Source of the DNA: Limisphaerales bacterium
Lineage (GTDB): Bacteria > Pseudomonadota > Alphaproteobacteria > Rhodobacterales > Rhodobacteraceae
Assembly: GCA_044356825.1 (NCBI GenBank)
Contig: JBIKVM010000001.1
Location: 1 to 51,395, forward strand
Direction: 5' to 3'
Length of the DNA stretch: 51,395 bases
Below are positions 51,375 to 51,395 of this stretch, piece by piece. The first letter of the stretch is position 1. Each line of letters starts with the position of its first letter. The notes under the pieces were generated by a model. It was not told the DNA's origin. It saw only the letters and a list, made by a program, of their open reading frames with translations, and ran no database searches. The position numbers were made by a program, and so were the translations under genes.

Positions 51375-51395
51375 TCGGTCATCCCTTCCTTCACC
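51321..51395. repeat. Terminal 28-bp perfect inverted repeat (fold-back) ending exactly at the last base
   Basis: 51321-51348 (GGTGAAGGAAGGGATGACCGAATGCGCG) is the exact reverse complement of 51368-51395. The loop is 19 nt and rich in GCGC. Confidence 0.9.

Noticed and set aside
1-51395. Search for CRISPR arrays, tRNA/rRNA genes, IS elements/transposases, integrases and toxin-antitoxin pairs
   Set aside because: None seen. All intergenic gaps are under 280 nt and show no cloverleaf-like or repeat-spacer structure. No ORF translation shows DDE transposase, integrase or Cas motifs.

Overview
Very GC-rich window with alphaproteobacterial, Rhodobacter-like codon usage. It looks like a whole contig: (GC)n runs sit at both ends and a fold-back repeat at the 3' end. 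All calls come from reading the ORF translations and the DNA by eye; nothing was searched or computed with tools.

Positions 1-40.3 kb form one large flagellar gene island of the sigma54/FleQ-FleT plus sigma28 type, the gammaproteobacterial-style 'fla1' system known from Rhodobacter (Cereibacter) sphaeroides. Gene order:
- fliC, a DUF1566 gene, motAB, fliD
- two divergent fliS-like chaperone operons with orphan partner ORFs
- fliKLMN
- fliOPQR-flhB followed by four translationally coupled uncharacterised ORFs
- fleT-fliEFGHIJ
- flgP-flgT-flgA-flgM-flgN plus a fliL-like gene
- flhA-flhF-flhG-fliA plus one unknown ORF
- rpoN and fleQ

Rod, hook and ring genes (flgB-L) and che genes are not in the window.

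Positions 40.5-51.4 kb carry unrelated genes: an RsmC-like methyltransferase, an SDR, an EamA transporter, a bactofilin, a glycine-zipper lipoprotein, a membrane-anchored winged-helix protein, a VOC protein, a P-type ATPase, and phnY-like/phnA phosphonoacetate genes.

Regulatory signals readable directly in the DNA:
- nine sigma54-type -24/-12 promoters with correct GG-N10-GC spacing
- three copies of a non-canonical sigma28-type promoter, CTAA[A/C]-N14/15-GTCGTTTC, in front of fliC, fliD and flgM
- a recurrent palindrome, TGTCGGAATTCCGACA (GTC-N8-GAC, FleQ-box-like), seen only in flagellar intergenic regions

Most unusual coding features:
- two FlhF paralogues with Lys->Arg P-loops, the second fused in frame to FlhG
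- a FlgA with its N-terminal domain repeated four times
- several sigma54-driven or translationally coupled ORFs with no recognisable function

No rRNA, tRNA, CRISPR array or IS element was seen.
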